Origin: an uncultured Lachnospiraceae bacterium
Lineage (GTDB): Bacteria > Bacillota > Clostridia > Lachnospirales > Lachnospiraceae
Direction: 5' to 3'
NCBI GenBank assembly: GCA_945949045.1
Contig: CAMFDG010000005.1
Span: 3,192-67,191, forward strand
DNA: 64,000 nt
In this document: positions 19,032 to 28,741 of the stretch, one piece after another
Layout of the letters: each line of letters starts with the position of its first letter
Numbering within the stretch: position 1 is the first letter of the stretch
Translations under genes and position numbers: made by a program
The notes under the pieces: generated by a model
What the model was told of the DNA's origin: nothing
What the model saw: the letters and a program-made list of their open reading frames with translations, nothing else
Database searches by the model: none

Positions 19032-20237
19032 TTACTGTCTTCCCAGATTCATTTTGTCGATCTGCCTGATAATCTGCAAAAGCTGCGGATTCACCTCCCC
19101 CATACGACGAATATTCACAAGGGCCTCCTGCTTCATGTTGGCAATGGTACGTTTGCTGTATTCCATGCGGGTACGAAGCTTCTGACGGCGGGTAATGAGC
19201 TGATGCTTCATCTCTACCAGCTCCCGGCTGTCGATAATCGCATTGGCGTGGTTCAGCCATGCCTTGGCATCATACATCCGAAGACGGTTCAGATACTGCA
19301 GAAGCGCCTTGGTATAGTAATCCAGTTCGTCGCTGGTCTCACGGAATTTCTCCTTCTCCTTCGCCTCAGCCTGATACTGTTCATAAATGTAGGACAATTC
19401 GTAAGCGTTTCTCACGTGATATTTCTCACATGTAAAATCCACTGCATTTTTGATGTTGACATACTTGATCTTCACGTGATTTTCCAGAGAAATGGCACGG
19501 TTTCTGTTTACATTGGATTTACGGATGTCTGAGACCGCATCCATATAGCGGATCAGGATATAGCCTCCCAGCAGGACGGCAATCAGGGAAAGGATTGTCA
19601 CTGCCAGCCGCAGGTCCATTTCCATATACCAGGAGATGATCCCTGCAAGGGCCATCAGCGTAAAATAACAGAGGAAAAGGTAGCAGGCAGACTTTCGCAT
19701 CAAACGCTGTGTGCGGACCGCGTCATTTTTTACCAGCTTCCACTCCAGCTTTTTCCCCTCCAGAAAGGACATATCTCTCTTCACCGTATCCAGATATGCC
19801 TCATTGGATTTCAGCCGTTTGATAATTCCCGGAAGTGCCTCTTCCTCTTCCTGCATCTGGGCAAACTGGGTGTCTGACAGCCTTCGCTCAGTCTTTAAAA
19901 ATTCGCTGCGCTCCTTCCCGAGCCGGTCCACATGTGCCGCACAATCCGTAATGGGCTTTCGCTCGTCTTCCGTCAGATCCTCAATAATCTGCACATCGGT
20001 AAGGTAGGAGGTCACAAGATCATACTCCGCTCTGGTATCCTCAATATCCTTGGCAGCCTTGATCATCTGGTCGCACAGGTCAATGGCATAGCGCTTTGCC
20101 TGCTCCTCGTCAGAGAGATTCAGTTCCTCCTCGATCTCCCCCTCGCCCTCTTCCAGGTCTGCATAATAGCCGTCCTGATCATATTCATAATCCTCGTATT
20201 CGCGCCTGCGCCGGCGAAACAGCCTTGGAAAAATCAT
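19032..20237 (-). CDS. Hypothetical coiled-coil protein with two central TM helices
   Basis: 401-aa ORF; hydrophobic pair near residues 185-230; ATGA-coupled to the upstream gene. Confidence 0.8.
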   Translation of the reverse strand: MIFPRLFRRRRREYEDYEYDQDGYYADLEEGEGEIEEELNLSDEEQAKRYAIDLCDQMIKAAKDIEDTRAEYDLVTSYLTDVQIIEDLTEDERKPITDCAAHVDRLGKERSEFLKTERRLSDTQFAQMQEEEEALPGIIKRLKSNEAYLDTVKRDMSFLEGKKLEWKLVKNDAVRTQRLMRKSACYLFLCYFTLMALAGIISWYMEMDLRLAVTILSLIAVLLGGYILIRYMDAVSDIRKSNVNRNRAISLENHVKIKYVNIKNAVDFTCEKYHVRNAYELSYIYEQYQAEAKEKEKFRETSDELDYYTKALLQYLNRLRMYDAKAWLNHANAIIDSRELVEMKHQLITRRQKLRTRMEYSKRTIANMKQEALVNIRRMGEVNPQLLQIIRQIDKMNLGRQ

Positions 20238-21073
20238 ACCTTACAACTCCTTCGATAGGCTTCCTTCCACTGAAAAACAAGATCCCGGATTGCCTTTTTG
20301 GCTTCATTCCTGTCCGGTCCCTCCAACTGTCCTTCCAACACGTGAAGTCTGGAGAGAAGCGCCTGGGCATCATCGGACTTGGCCGCAAGGAAAAGCTCAT
20401 TTCGGATCTCCTTTTGGCCCATATCATCGATGCAGTTGTCCCCGGACTTCTCCAAAAAGCCCTCCTCATCCTGCCGCAGCAGATAACACATCAGACATTC
20501 CCTCAGGGATTCTCCCCGCTGATTCAGCCGGTATGCCCTGTCATAGCAGTCGCAGGCTTCATCAAACAGAAAAAGTCTGGCATAGGCGGTTCCCAGATTA
20601 TGCCAGATATTACCAAGAAGCAAAGCATTCTGTCCCTCTGCCTCCCCGGAATCCAACAGTCTCTTGTATTCATAGATGGCACCCAAATATTTATCCTGTT
20701 CCATCAGACGGTCTGCACGAATTTTGCCACACTCGAAGTCAGATTTTTCCTCCATTTCCCGGAGGGCAAGAAGCACTTCGGTGATTTCCGCTTCCTCCAG
20801 ATAGGTGGTTTGTCTCAGGATTGCCTCCGCAAAATCAGAAAGAGGCCCTCTGGAGCGCATGATATCCCGCAGGCGTTCCGCAAGCTTGTACAGCCCCATC
20901 TGCTTTTCCACCCAGGTGCAGAGTTCCTCATTCATGAAGGTGGCATCCAGCAGGTACGTGTTACCCGCTATGTAATAGCACAGCTCCTCCATGGAATAGA
21001 GATTAACGCCCACCTTGTCCACATAGTAAGGCAGTGATGCAATTGGCTCATGACATAATAATAATTCACCCAT
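20234..21073 (-). CDS. Hypothetical TPR-like protein
   Basis: GNIWHNLGTAYARLFLFDEACDCYDRAY TPR pattern. Confidence 0.8.
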   Translation of the reverse strand: MGELLLCHEPIASLPYYVDKVGVNLYSMEELCYYIAGNTYLLDATFMNEELCTWVEKQMGLYKLAERLRDIMRSRGPLSDFAEAILRQTTYLEEAEITEVLLALREMEEKSDFECGKIRADRLMEQDKYLGAIYEYKRLLDSGEAEGQNALLLGNIWHNLGTAYARLFLFDEACDCYDRAYRLNQRGESLRECLMCYLLRQDEEGFLEKSGDNCIDDMGQKEIRNELFLAAKSDDAQALLSRLHVLEGQLEGPDRNEAKKAIRDLVFQWKEAYRRSCKV

Positions 21074-21082
21074 TCGCTTATC

Positions 21083-22330
21083 CTACATAACCGTTGTATA
21101 TTTCCAAACCTTGTCCGTTCCACGGAAAAAATCGCCAAAACCCAGATCCTTGATCTCAATGGCGATCTTGTCATCCGATACGGCCTTTGCGGTAATTCGA
21201 AGTCTTGTGGTCTTATCCGGCCTCCGGGGCAGATCGGTAAGCTCAAAGGTCTCGATCATGGCCTCTCTGCTATTGGGAAGCTGCTTCCAAAAATCGATCT
21301 GATGGGTTCCGCATAGGATCACCTCACACTCCCCCTGGGCTTCAAACCAGTTTTTCCCGGCGCTGATCAAATTATAAAAAGCTATCTCGCCCCGGTCCTT
21401 TACCTTAAGGCTCAGATTAAATTTCATTTCATTTTCGCCCATATATATATAGGGCCATTTCTCCTCGTGGCCGCGGACTGCCGCACCATAGCACGCGCCT
21501 TTGGAAAAAAGATTCTTTCCCATAAAAGCCCGTCGTCCCCGACAGAGGATATTCAGGGAATCCTGCATCCACCCTCCATCGAAGCCATCTCCCACCAGAT
21601 AAACCGTCGATACGATCCTGTTTTCCATGGACTGGGTAAGAATCTCCCCAAAGCTTTTGTCCCGGTCTCCACGAAGGGGCCGTTTCCCGGATTCGTGGAT
21701 TGAAATCACCTGGGGGCTGGTACGCACATCCCTCTTCAAATCATAGGAGTAGACAAGGTCTTTATCGCAGGCATACAAAAAAACATCATGCCGCCACAAT
21801 TCCTCCTTCTGGCTCAGAGCAAAATAGTAAAAACTTTCCTTGTGATCCAACACAACAAACTGCTCCGATGACAGTTCAAGCCGGGCAGCAACCTTCCAGA
21901 AAACCTCCATATTCTCCCGGTTCAGCCGGTCTACCGTGATCGCCAGCCGGTCTACACCGGGAACATTTCCCAGCTTCATTGGCAGCTCCATGACCTTCTT
22001 AATAAACAGCGCAAGAAGATCCACAGCGTCATAATTATCCTCTCCCACTCCGATGACCTCTCTGTTGACCGCACGCCGCAACAGACAGTCCACGCAGATG
22101 ACCTCGCTGGTCTTCGCCATGCGTCCGGCCTCATCCCCGTAATACCACATTCCGATATTTTTTCTTCTGGCAAGGAGAGCCGGAATTCTGTAATTTTCAC
22201 TTCCCGCAATCATGCTGACGGTTTGCGGTTCCTCCATGGAGGACTGATAAAAACTGACCATGGCATAGGAATCATTCAGATCAATGCCAAGGCAGCAGGT
22301 CGTATTCTCTCTGTCCATTCTATTCACCAA
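21083..22330 (-). CDS. DUF5716-like protein with degenerate Hsp70/actin-like fold
   Basis: LGIDLNDSY resembles DnaK IGIDLGTT; VYLVGDG resembles VLLVGG; KGACYGAA resembles GAA; family name from recall. Confidence 0.7.
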   Translation of the reverse strand: MVNRMDRENTTCCLGIDLNDSYAMVSFYQSSMEEPQTVSMIAGSENYRIPALLARRKNIGMWYYGDEAGRMAKTSEVICVDCLLRRAVNREVIGVGEDNYDAVDLLALFIKKVMELPMKLGNVPGVDRLAITVDRLNRENMEVFWKVAARLELSSEQFVVLDHKESFYYFALSQKEELWRHDVFLYACDKDLVYSYDLKRDVRTSPQVISIHESGKRPLRGDRDKSFGEILTQSMENRIVSTVYLVGDGFDGGWMQDSLNILCRGRRAFMGKNLFSKGACYGAAVRGHEEKWPYIYMGENEMKFNLSLKVKDRGEIAFYNLISAGKNWFEAQGECEVILCGTHQIDFWKQLPNSREAMIETFELTDLPRRPDKTTRLRITAKAVSDDKIAIEIKDLGFGDFFRGTDKVWKYTTVM

Positions 22331-22341
22331 TGCGCTTCCTT

Positions 22342-25300
22342 TTACAGAAGATGAAACGCTTTTCTTGTTACTTCATCCAGCTTCTCGTACTTTTCCATGG
22401 TCTGTATCAGCGGCGTGTAATCCGCAAGGGTGTCTAAGATCATCATTTGATTGAGCAAATTAAAGCGGCTGTTGTCCTTGTCCGACCAGACCGTATTACT
22501 CGTCAGCCGGTTGCTGACCTTGACCTCCACCTGATTGCCGAATTCCTCGGTAATATAGTACTGCACCACATCCCCGAAAAAGAGCACAAACTGTTCCACA
22601 AAAATACCATCGTAGACATCCGGCATATCTTCCCGGTGGAATTCGTTGCCATCCTCGTCCCGGCTGTAGTGAAGCACCACATGTTTTCTCGGATCCGTGC
22701 GGTATTCCAGAAAGACCTTGTCCTCCAGATGATATTTTAACACCAGCCGCCGGTCCAGCTTTTTATAAAAGGCAAAATTCATATTCCGGCAGGTGTACTC
22801 CGAAAGAAGTGCATCCTCCATGGCAAGAAAACGCTCCTGGTCCTCACTTTCTGAAAAGGATTTTAGGAGTGCCAGCTTGCAGGCATCATTCAGTTCCAGA
22901 TGGTGCTGATACCGGTCACGGATGACAAAGAGCACATCCGAACTGATGAACGTCTCCCGGACAAAATAGTTATGAGCACAGGTCGTCAGGTAAGCAAGAA
23001 CCACCATTTCCCTTCCACCATTCTCATAATAATGAGCAAACAGCTCCTCCGCCGGCCCCAGCGGCCGGTCAGCATAGATCATCTGGATCAGGATCCGCTC
23101 CTCAAGCTCGAAGGTGGGTACCGCAAACTCTCCCGCCGCCCGCCACAGACGAAGCATCATATCCGTTGGACCCTCGTAAAAATCACACAAATACCGGAGA
23201 ATCCTGTCGTTGTATTTCTTGCCGGCAAAGGTATCCGCAGCAAGCATCAGCAGGTATTCATCCTTTTCCTCCTGCCTTGCCTCGATCATATAACAGCAAA
23301 GGGCCGCCTTCGCCGTATAGCTGATCTGGTCCATCCCATAGGTCTGCAGCAGTTCATAGGCCCTGTCATACATACGGTACCGCACAAGAAGCTCCAGGAA
23401 ATATTGACGGGTCGGCTGACTCATCACGGCAAAATCCACCCTCGTCAGATATTCCTTTACATGATCGTCCTCTTTTGCAGACTGATAATAGCGCATGATT
23501 TCAAGAGCAAGCTCTGTCTGGAAGGAGGGCGTAAGCTCCGTCCCATAAAGGATGCGCGAAAAGTAGGGTTCATCCTCCTTTGCAAAGACCCGGTAATCCG
23601 ATTTATTCTCAAAATACGGGATCAGATAGTTCAGCTCATCTGCTGCCAGCGGCATGCACTTTGCCAGATACCGGTCCGGCTCCATCAGCTTCTCCAGCCG
23701 ATAGGATACGCTGCTGATATACCGGCGTCCCTTCTCATCCTCGAAAAGAATCACGTAATCCTTGGAAAAAAGCTGGAAATAAGCGGACTGATCCACAATG
23801 GGAACAATCTGTGCCTCTTTCATCTGCCGTTGGTAGATGATAGCCCGCACCATCCGCCGATCAAAGATGATCAGCTTGTGGGTATACAGGATTCCTGCCA
23901 GACAATGGGCAATCTCCTCATTTACCAGACCCAGATCCAGCATATCTTCATAGAGCACTGCAAGATTGTCATCCATGTGTTCCTGTTCCACCTGCTCCAT
24001 GGCAAAACGACTCATGGTCTTTAAGTATTTCTCGTACATTTCCGGGCAGGTGTCCTTAGCCGTGATGATGTTGCAATAGAGAATCGCCATCTTGCGGTAG
24101 GGCAGGCTGCTGTCATACTGGAAATACATCTGAATGATTTTGGGAACCGTACCTACGGCACGCTCATCCAGAGACAAAAGATATGCTTCATAGAGACTGG
24201 TGATACGCAGCTCCAGCTCGATCCCCATCTCAAACCAATGGTGGTATTTCACCTCAAATTTCTGTGCCCGGATCAGATAGCTGCAGATCAGACCCACATT
24301 CTCCGGATCCGGTGCCACCTCGTAGGCCGCACAGAGCAGCTCATAGCGCACCTGCTGAAAGCCCTTGTTGACCTCCACCACCTGAAAAATCTGTTCTGCC
24401 AGTTCTCTGGTCAGGGAGTGCCTGTGAATGGCCCAACGCAGAATCCTCACCTCAAATTTTCCAAGCCTTGTCAGAAGATACGGTTCCTGACAGTAAAGAT
24501 AATAGGCCTCCAGATACAGGTACGGGGAGGTACATCCGTCCATGACCCAGCCGGCAATGGCATCCAGCTTGTGGGCACTGTTGTTATAGTATTCCTCCTC
24601 CAGGAAAGAGAGCACCCAGAATAACAGGGCGGAATCCGGATTTTCCCGAAAGATCAGCTCGATTTCCCTTGTCATCCTGTCCACATAGGATGGCTCCCGC
24701 TCCAAAAGTGTCATCAGATACAGATAATAACCCCAGAGGGGATCCTTTTTATCCATCCAGCTCCGCTTGAATTCATTCAGGATCCACTCTGCCTCCTGCC
24801 GCTGTCTGTTGATGATAAAGGCCTGCGCCTTCATCAGGACATACAGCATATTCTCCGGCACCAGGGCGTGAAGATGATTGAGGATCTCGATCGTCTCGTT
24901 GGCCCACACACCTGTCACAATCTTCTTTAAACGGTAGGCCTGATAAAGCTCAACAAGACCGGCCCGGTATTCCTTGATCTGTATACGCTTCGGATCCCGT
25001 TTCACCCGCTCTCCCTTATGGGCGGTAATTTCCAGGATCTTCGTCTCGTATACAGAGGTAAAAAAGATCCGGCCTGCGTTGTTGCCGGCATGCATCCTGT
25101 CATAATCCAGAAGATATTTACAGGTGTAGGTGCTGCCGAGAAAATCCTCTGTGGTGATCGTCGTATCCGGCAGACGGATAAAATCACTGTCGGCATGGAT
25201 TGCTACAGCAAAATACCCCCACTCATCCTTCCTTACAGACACCTCCTGCTGCAGGGTCTCTGTCAGCTCCAAAACGTCCAGTGAAGACTGGGAAATCGTG

Positions 25301-25878
25301 AAATGAATCTGTTTTTTCTGGCCGATCCCCACCAGAAATTCCTCCATGTTCTGGGGTGACGGCTTAGCGCCTAAAATTCCCCGGTACAACATGGATTCTC
25401 TGGTCTCCTTCGGTGAAATCACATTGGAAAAACTCTTATGATAAAAAAGCTTGTAGGCCTCGTCCCAGTGTTCTCTGGCCAGATTGGTAAAATCATGAAG
25501 GCTTCGGATCTGCCCCGCAGAGGTCTGCGCATATAACTTAGAAACAGACACGCAAAAAGGAAGGCTGTGCTCGCTCTGATTGCAGACAATCACGAATTCA
25601 CCCTTCACACTCTGGCCTTCCTGAAGGCCCCTGCTATTAAATTGATAACGAATCCGCACCGTTTCGCCCTCGAACTGCGGCGTCAGACACTCCATCCGTG
25701 GATTCGTGGAGTAGACGACGCCACGCACCGGAATATGGTTCGTACTGGTAATCTCAAAGCTCCCTGTATATTCCTGTCCCAAAATAACCGTGAGGGACAG
25801 TTCCTCTTCCGGCAGCGAAAGCGACGGCTGATCGTATTCAAACCTGCCTCTGGCAATCTGCCTGATTCGTTTACGCAC
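22342..25878 (-). CDS. Large DUF5717-like protein (N-terminal beta-rich, then helical repeats)
   Basis: 1178-aa ORF, GTG start, first gene of a tightly spaced four-gene operon; family name from recall. Confidence 0.75.
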   Translation of the reverse strand: MRKRIRQIARGRFEYDQPSLSLPEEELSLTVILGQEYTGSFEITSTNHIPVRGVVYSTNPRMECLTPQFEGETVRIRYQFNSRGLQEGQSVKGEFVIVCNQSEHSLPFCVSVSKLYAQTSAGQIRSLHDFTNLAREHWDEAYKLFYHKSFSNVISPKETRESMLYRGILGAKPSPQNMEEFLVGIGQKKQIHFTISQSSLDVLELTETLQQEVSVRKDEWGYFAVAIHADSDFIRLPDTTITTEDFLGSTYTCKYLLDYDRMHAGNNAGRIFFTSVYETKILEITAHKGERVKRDPKRIQIKEYRAGLVELYQAYRLKKIVTGVWANETIEILNHLHALVPENMLYVLMKAQAFIINRQRQEAEWILNEFKRSWMDKKDPLWGYYLYLMTLLEREPSYVDRMTREIELIFRENPDSALLFWVLSFLEEEYYNNSAHKLDAIAGWVMDGCTSPYLYLEAYYLYCQEPYLLTRLGKFEVRILRWAIHRHSLTRELAEQIFQVVEVNKGFQQVRYELLCAAYEVAPDPENVGLICSYLIRAQKFEVKYHHWFEMGIELELRITSLYEAYLLSLDERAVGTVPKIIQMYFQYDSSLPYRKMAILYCNIITAKDTCPEMYEKYLKTMSRFAMEQVEQEHMDDNLAVLYEDMLDLGLVNEEIAHCLAGILYTHKLIIFDRRMVRAIIYQRQMKEAQIVPIVDQSAYFQLFSKDYVILFEDEKGRRYISSVSYRLEKLMEPDRYLAKCMPLAADELNYLIPYFENKSDYRVFAKEDEPYFSRILYGTELTPSFQTELALEIMRYYQSAKEDDHVKEYLTRVDFAVMSQPTRQYFLELLVRYRMYDRAYELLQTYGMDQISYTAKAALCCYMIEARQEEKDEYLLMLAADTFAGKKYNDRILRYLCDFYEGPTDMMLRLWRAAGEFAVPTFELEERILIQMIYADRPLGPAEELFAHYYENGGREMVVLAYLTTCAHNYFVRETFISSDVLFVIRDRYQHHLELNDACKLALLKSFSESEDQERFLAMEDALLSEYTCRNMNFAFYKKLDRRLVLKYHLEDKVFLEYRTDPRKHVVLHYSRDEDGNEFHREDMPDVYDGIFVEQFVLFFGDVVQYYITEEFGNQVEVKVSNRLTSNTVWSDKDNSRFNLLNQMMILDTLADYTPLIQTMEKYEKLDEVTRKAFHLL

Positions 25879-25978
25879 ACCTGCACCTGCTTCGTATCCA
25901 TCGATCTTAATCTTTAGTTCTTGTATCTTTCAGTATATCTGATTCGACCTCCACTTGCAACCCGCAAACGAAAATCCG

Positions 25979-28423
25979 TCAGGCCTGTTTCTCCCTCAAT
26001 CTGCCAAACCAGCCGTGAATTCCCTCCACCGCAAGACTCAGATAACGAAGCATCGGCTCGGTAATAATGGCAAAAATAACCATCAGCATCGCACACTGTC
26101 TGGATATGTCGGTAATTCCGAAAAACGGCCTTGCAAAAAACATGCAGAAAAGCCATCCGCCAACAACTCCCACCATCAAAAGAATATGCCAGACATTCAT
26201 CGGCTTTGCGATACGGTATAAAATCATAAAGCCCACAATGGCGATGATAATCGTGCAGGAGGTGGACAGGCAGTCCAGATCCACCGCAAATTCACGGCAG
26301 AACATCACCAGAGCGCTGACTACGATAAAGTCGGTCAGTCCCGCCGGGAGAGCTCGAACGAACACATTGGTTAAAAAATGTCCCCTGATGGTATTCTTGT
26401 TTGGCTCCAATGCCAGGATAAAGGATGGAATACCGATGGTGAACATGCTGATCATAGAAACCTGTGCCGGTTCCAGCGGATAATCCAGCATTAAAATCAC
26501 CGAGAATATTGCCAGCAGCATGGAGAAGATATTTTTCACAATATACAAAGATGCCGTGCGCTCAATGTTGTTAACCACTCTGCGCCCCTCCGCAACAACT
26601 GCAGGCATTCTGGAGAAGTCGGAATCCAGAAGCACCAGCTGCGACACATTGGAAGCAGCATCGCTTCCCGATGCCATGGCAACACTGCAGTCCGCATCCT
26701 TCAGGGCCAGCACATCATTTACACCGTCTCCCGTCATAGCCACCGTCCTTTTATGGGCCTTCAGTGCCTGCACCAGTTCCCGCTTCTGATTTGGTGTCAC
26801 CCGGCCGAAAACCGTATAGTTTTCTACCGCCTTCCTATAATCCTCCTCTGTTTTGAGGGTAGACGCATCTACATAATGGTCTGCATTGGCAATTCCTGCC
26901 TCCTGTGCGATGACAGAAACAGTCAGCGGGTTGTCTCCGGAAATCACCTTGATTTCCACCCCGTTATCTGCAAAAAAGCCAAAGGTATCCTTCGCTCCGC
27001 TTCTGATGGGATTGGCAAGCATGATAAGGGCCATAGGTGTCGCTGCTTCCGTCAGAGGCTTTCTGCTTAAGGTTCCCTCATAGCTGCCGAATACAAGGAC
27101 TCGATAACCCTTGCTGCTATATGCGGCAATCTGCTCCTGATACGCAGCAAACTGATCCCGCAGGACAAACTCCGGTGCACCTAGCACATATGCCTTGCCG
27201 TCTTCCATAACCGCTCCGGAGAATTTCGTCTCCGAAGAAAAGGAAATTACCTCTTTGGCTTTCCTGCCGGTGCCCTTCGTAAAATACTCCTGCAGAGCTT
27301 CCATGGTAGCATTATCCTTCTCCTGCACCCTCACAAAGTCAGAAATGACCTCCTGGGTCTTCTCCTCTTCCATACCCTCCAGAAGCTTTGTCTCATACAC
27401 ACGCATGCCCGGCTCCGTAATGGTTCCCGTTTTATCCACGCACAGCACATCCACTCTTGCCAGGGTCTCAATGCATTTCATATCATGAATCAGCACCTTT
27501 TTTCTGGCCAGCCTTACAGAGCTTACCGCCATGGCAACACTTGCCAGTAGATAAAGTCCCTCCGGGATCATGCCGATGATGGCTGCTACCATGCCGGTTA
27601 TGCTCTCCTTTAACGTGCCTCCGTTGTAGACAAAGGACTGTACAAACAGGGCGATGCCGATGGGAATGATGATAATTCCCATCACCATGATCAGATAATT
27701 TAAAGAACGGATCATTTCCGACTGTTCGCCTTTTTTACTCTTCGTCGCCTGCATAGTCAGCTTCGAGATGTAGGAATCCCGGCCCACCTTATCCAGTCTG
27801 GCAACAGCCTTCCCGGATACCACAAAGCTGCCCGACAGCAATGCATCCCCCTGATGCTTTTCTATTTCATCAGACTCCCCTGTGATCAGCGATTCATTAA
27901 CCTGCAGTTCCCCCTCCAATATCACGGCATCTGCCGGAATCTGGCTGCCGGCATTAAATTCCACCACATCATCCAATACCAGCTGGTCCGCCGGTATTTC
28001 TGTCTTTTTGCCGTCCCGGATGACCACGGCTCTGGGAGCATTCAGAATGGAAAGCTTATCCAACACCCTCTTGGAATGTACCTCCTGAATGATACCGATA
28101 CAGGTATTGGCAATGATGATGGGCAAAAACAGCATATCCCGCCATGCCGCCACCATTGCCAAAAGCAGAGCAATAATGAAAAAAACCAGGTTAAAGTACG
28201 TGAAAACATTGGATTTCACGATTTCCGAAACGGAACTTGTGGAGGATTCCACCTTGCAGTTGTCCGCGTGGGCTGCAAATCGCTCCTGTACCTGCTCCTT
28301 CGTAAGCCCCCGGACCGGGTCTGCCTGGATACGTTCCGGAATATGTTCCTTGATGGATTCCGCCTGCAAATGCTCCTGTTCCGGTTGATTTTCTCTTTTT
28401 TTCTCCAATAGATTTCCTGCCAT
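25979..28423 (-). CDS. Cation-translocating P-type ATPase (CtpE-like)
   Basis: TGES, IPEGL, DKTGT, SGDN, TGDGVND; about 10 TM segments. Confidence 0.92.
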   Translation of the reverse strand: MAGNLLEKKRENQPEQEHLQAESIKEHIPERIQADPVRGLTKEQVQERFAAHADNCKVESSTSSVSEIVKSNVFTYFNLVFFIIALLLAMVAAWRDMLFLPIIIANTCIGIIQEVHSKRVLDKLSILNAPRAVVIRDGKKTEIPADQLVLDDVVEFNAGSQIPADAVILEGELQVNESLITGESDEIEKHQGDALLSGSFVVSGKAVARLDKVGRDSYISKLTMQATKSKKGEQSEMIRSLNYLIMVMGIIIIPIGIALFVQSFVYNGGTLKESITGMVAAIIGMIPEGLYLLASVAMAVSSVRLARKKVLIHDMKCIETLARVDVLCVDKTGTITEPGMRVYETKLLEGMEEEKTQEVISDFVRVQEKDNATMEALQEYFTKGTGRKAKEVISFSSETKFSGAVMEDGKAYVLGAPEFVLRDQFAAYQEQIAAYSSKGYRVLVFGSYEGTLSRKPLTEAATPMALIMLANPIRSGAKDTFGFFADNGVEIKVISGDNPLTVSVIAQEAGIANADHYVDASTLKTEEDYRKAVENYTVFGRVTPNQKRELVQALKAHKRTVAMTGDGVNDVLALKDADCSVAMASGSDAASNVSQLVLLDSDFSRMPAVVAEGRRVVNNIERTASLYIVKNIFSMLLAIFSVILMLDYPLEPAQVSMISMFTIGIPSFILALEPNKNTIRGHFLTNVFVRALPAGLTDFIVVSALVMFCREFAVDLDCLSTSCTIIIAIVGFMILYRIAKPMNVWHILLMVGVVGGWLFCMFFARPFFGITDISRQCAMLMVIFAIITEPMLRYLSLAVEGIHGWFGRLREKQA

Positions 28424-28675
28424 ATTTTACATCCTTATGTAACTTCATTTTGATATGAACATTATACCCCTTTTTCACCGGTAAGCAGACAATTTCACAA
28501 AATTTTTTGAAAGATTTAAGAATCAAAATCCTCGTTGTCATCACAAATCAGTGTTATGGTATCCTCGGAATCGATTTTCATTTTTCCGCAGATTCCAGGA
28601 TTTCCGGCCTCTGCATCATAGATAGAAAAGCTTCCATCCTCTTTTCCATAATCTTTGTACCTCCCTCCCAGAGTG

Positions 28676-28711
28676 AAAAAAATGGACACCTTCCTGTCGC
28701 AAGGTGTCCAT
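28676..28711 (-). terminator. Terminator after nfnB
   Basis: ATGGACACCTT / AAGGTGTCCAT perfect arms plus U-tract. Confidence 0.8.
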
Positions 28712-28741
28712 CTGTCTCTTTTGTATCAGTTCTTTACGCAT

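Noticed and set aside
22900-24024. Long plus-strand ORFs (also 20096-21037, 30145-31098, 31297-32253, 47874-48941, 54478-55410, 60024-60983)
   Set aside because: Antisense shadows of well-supported minus-strand genes; no motifs
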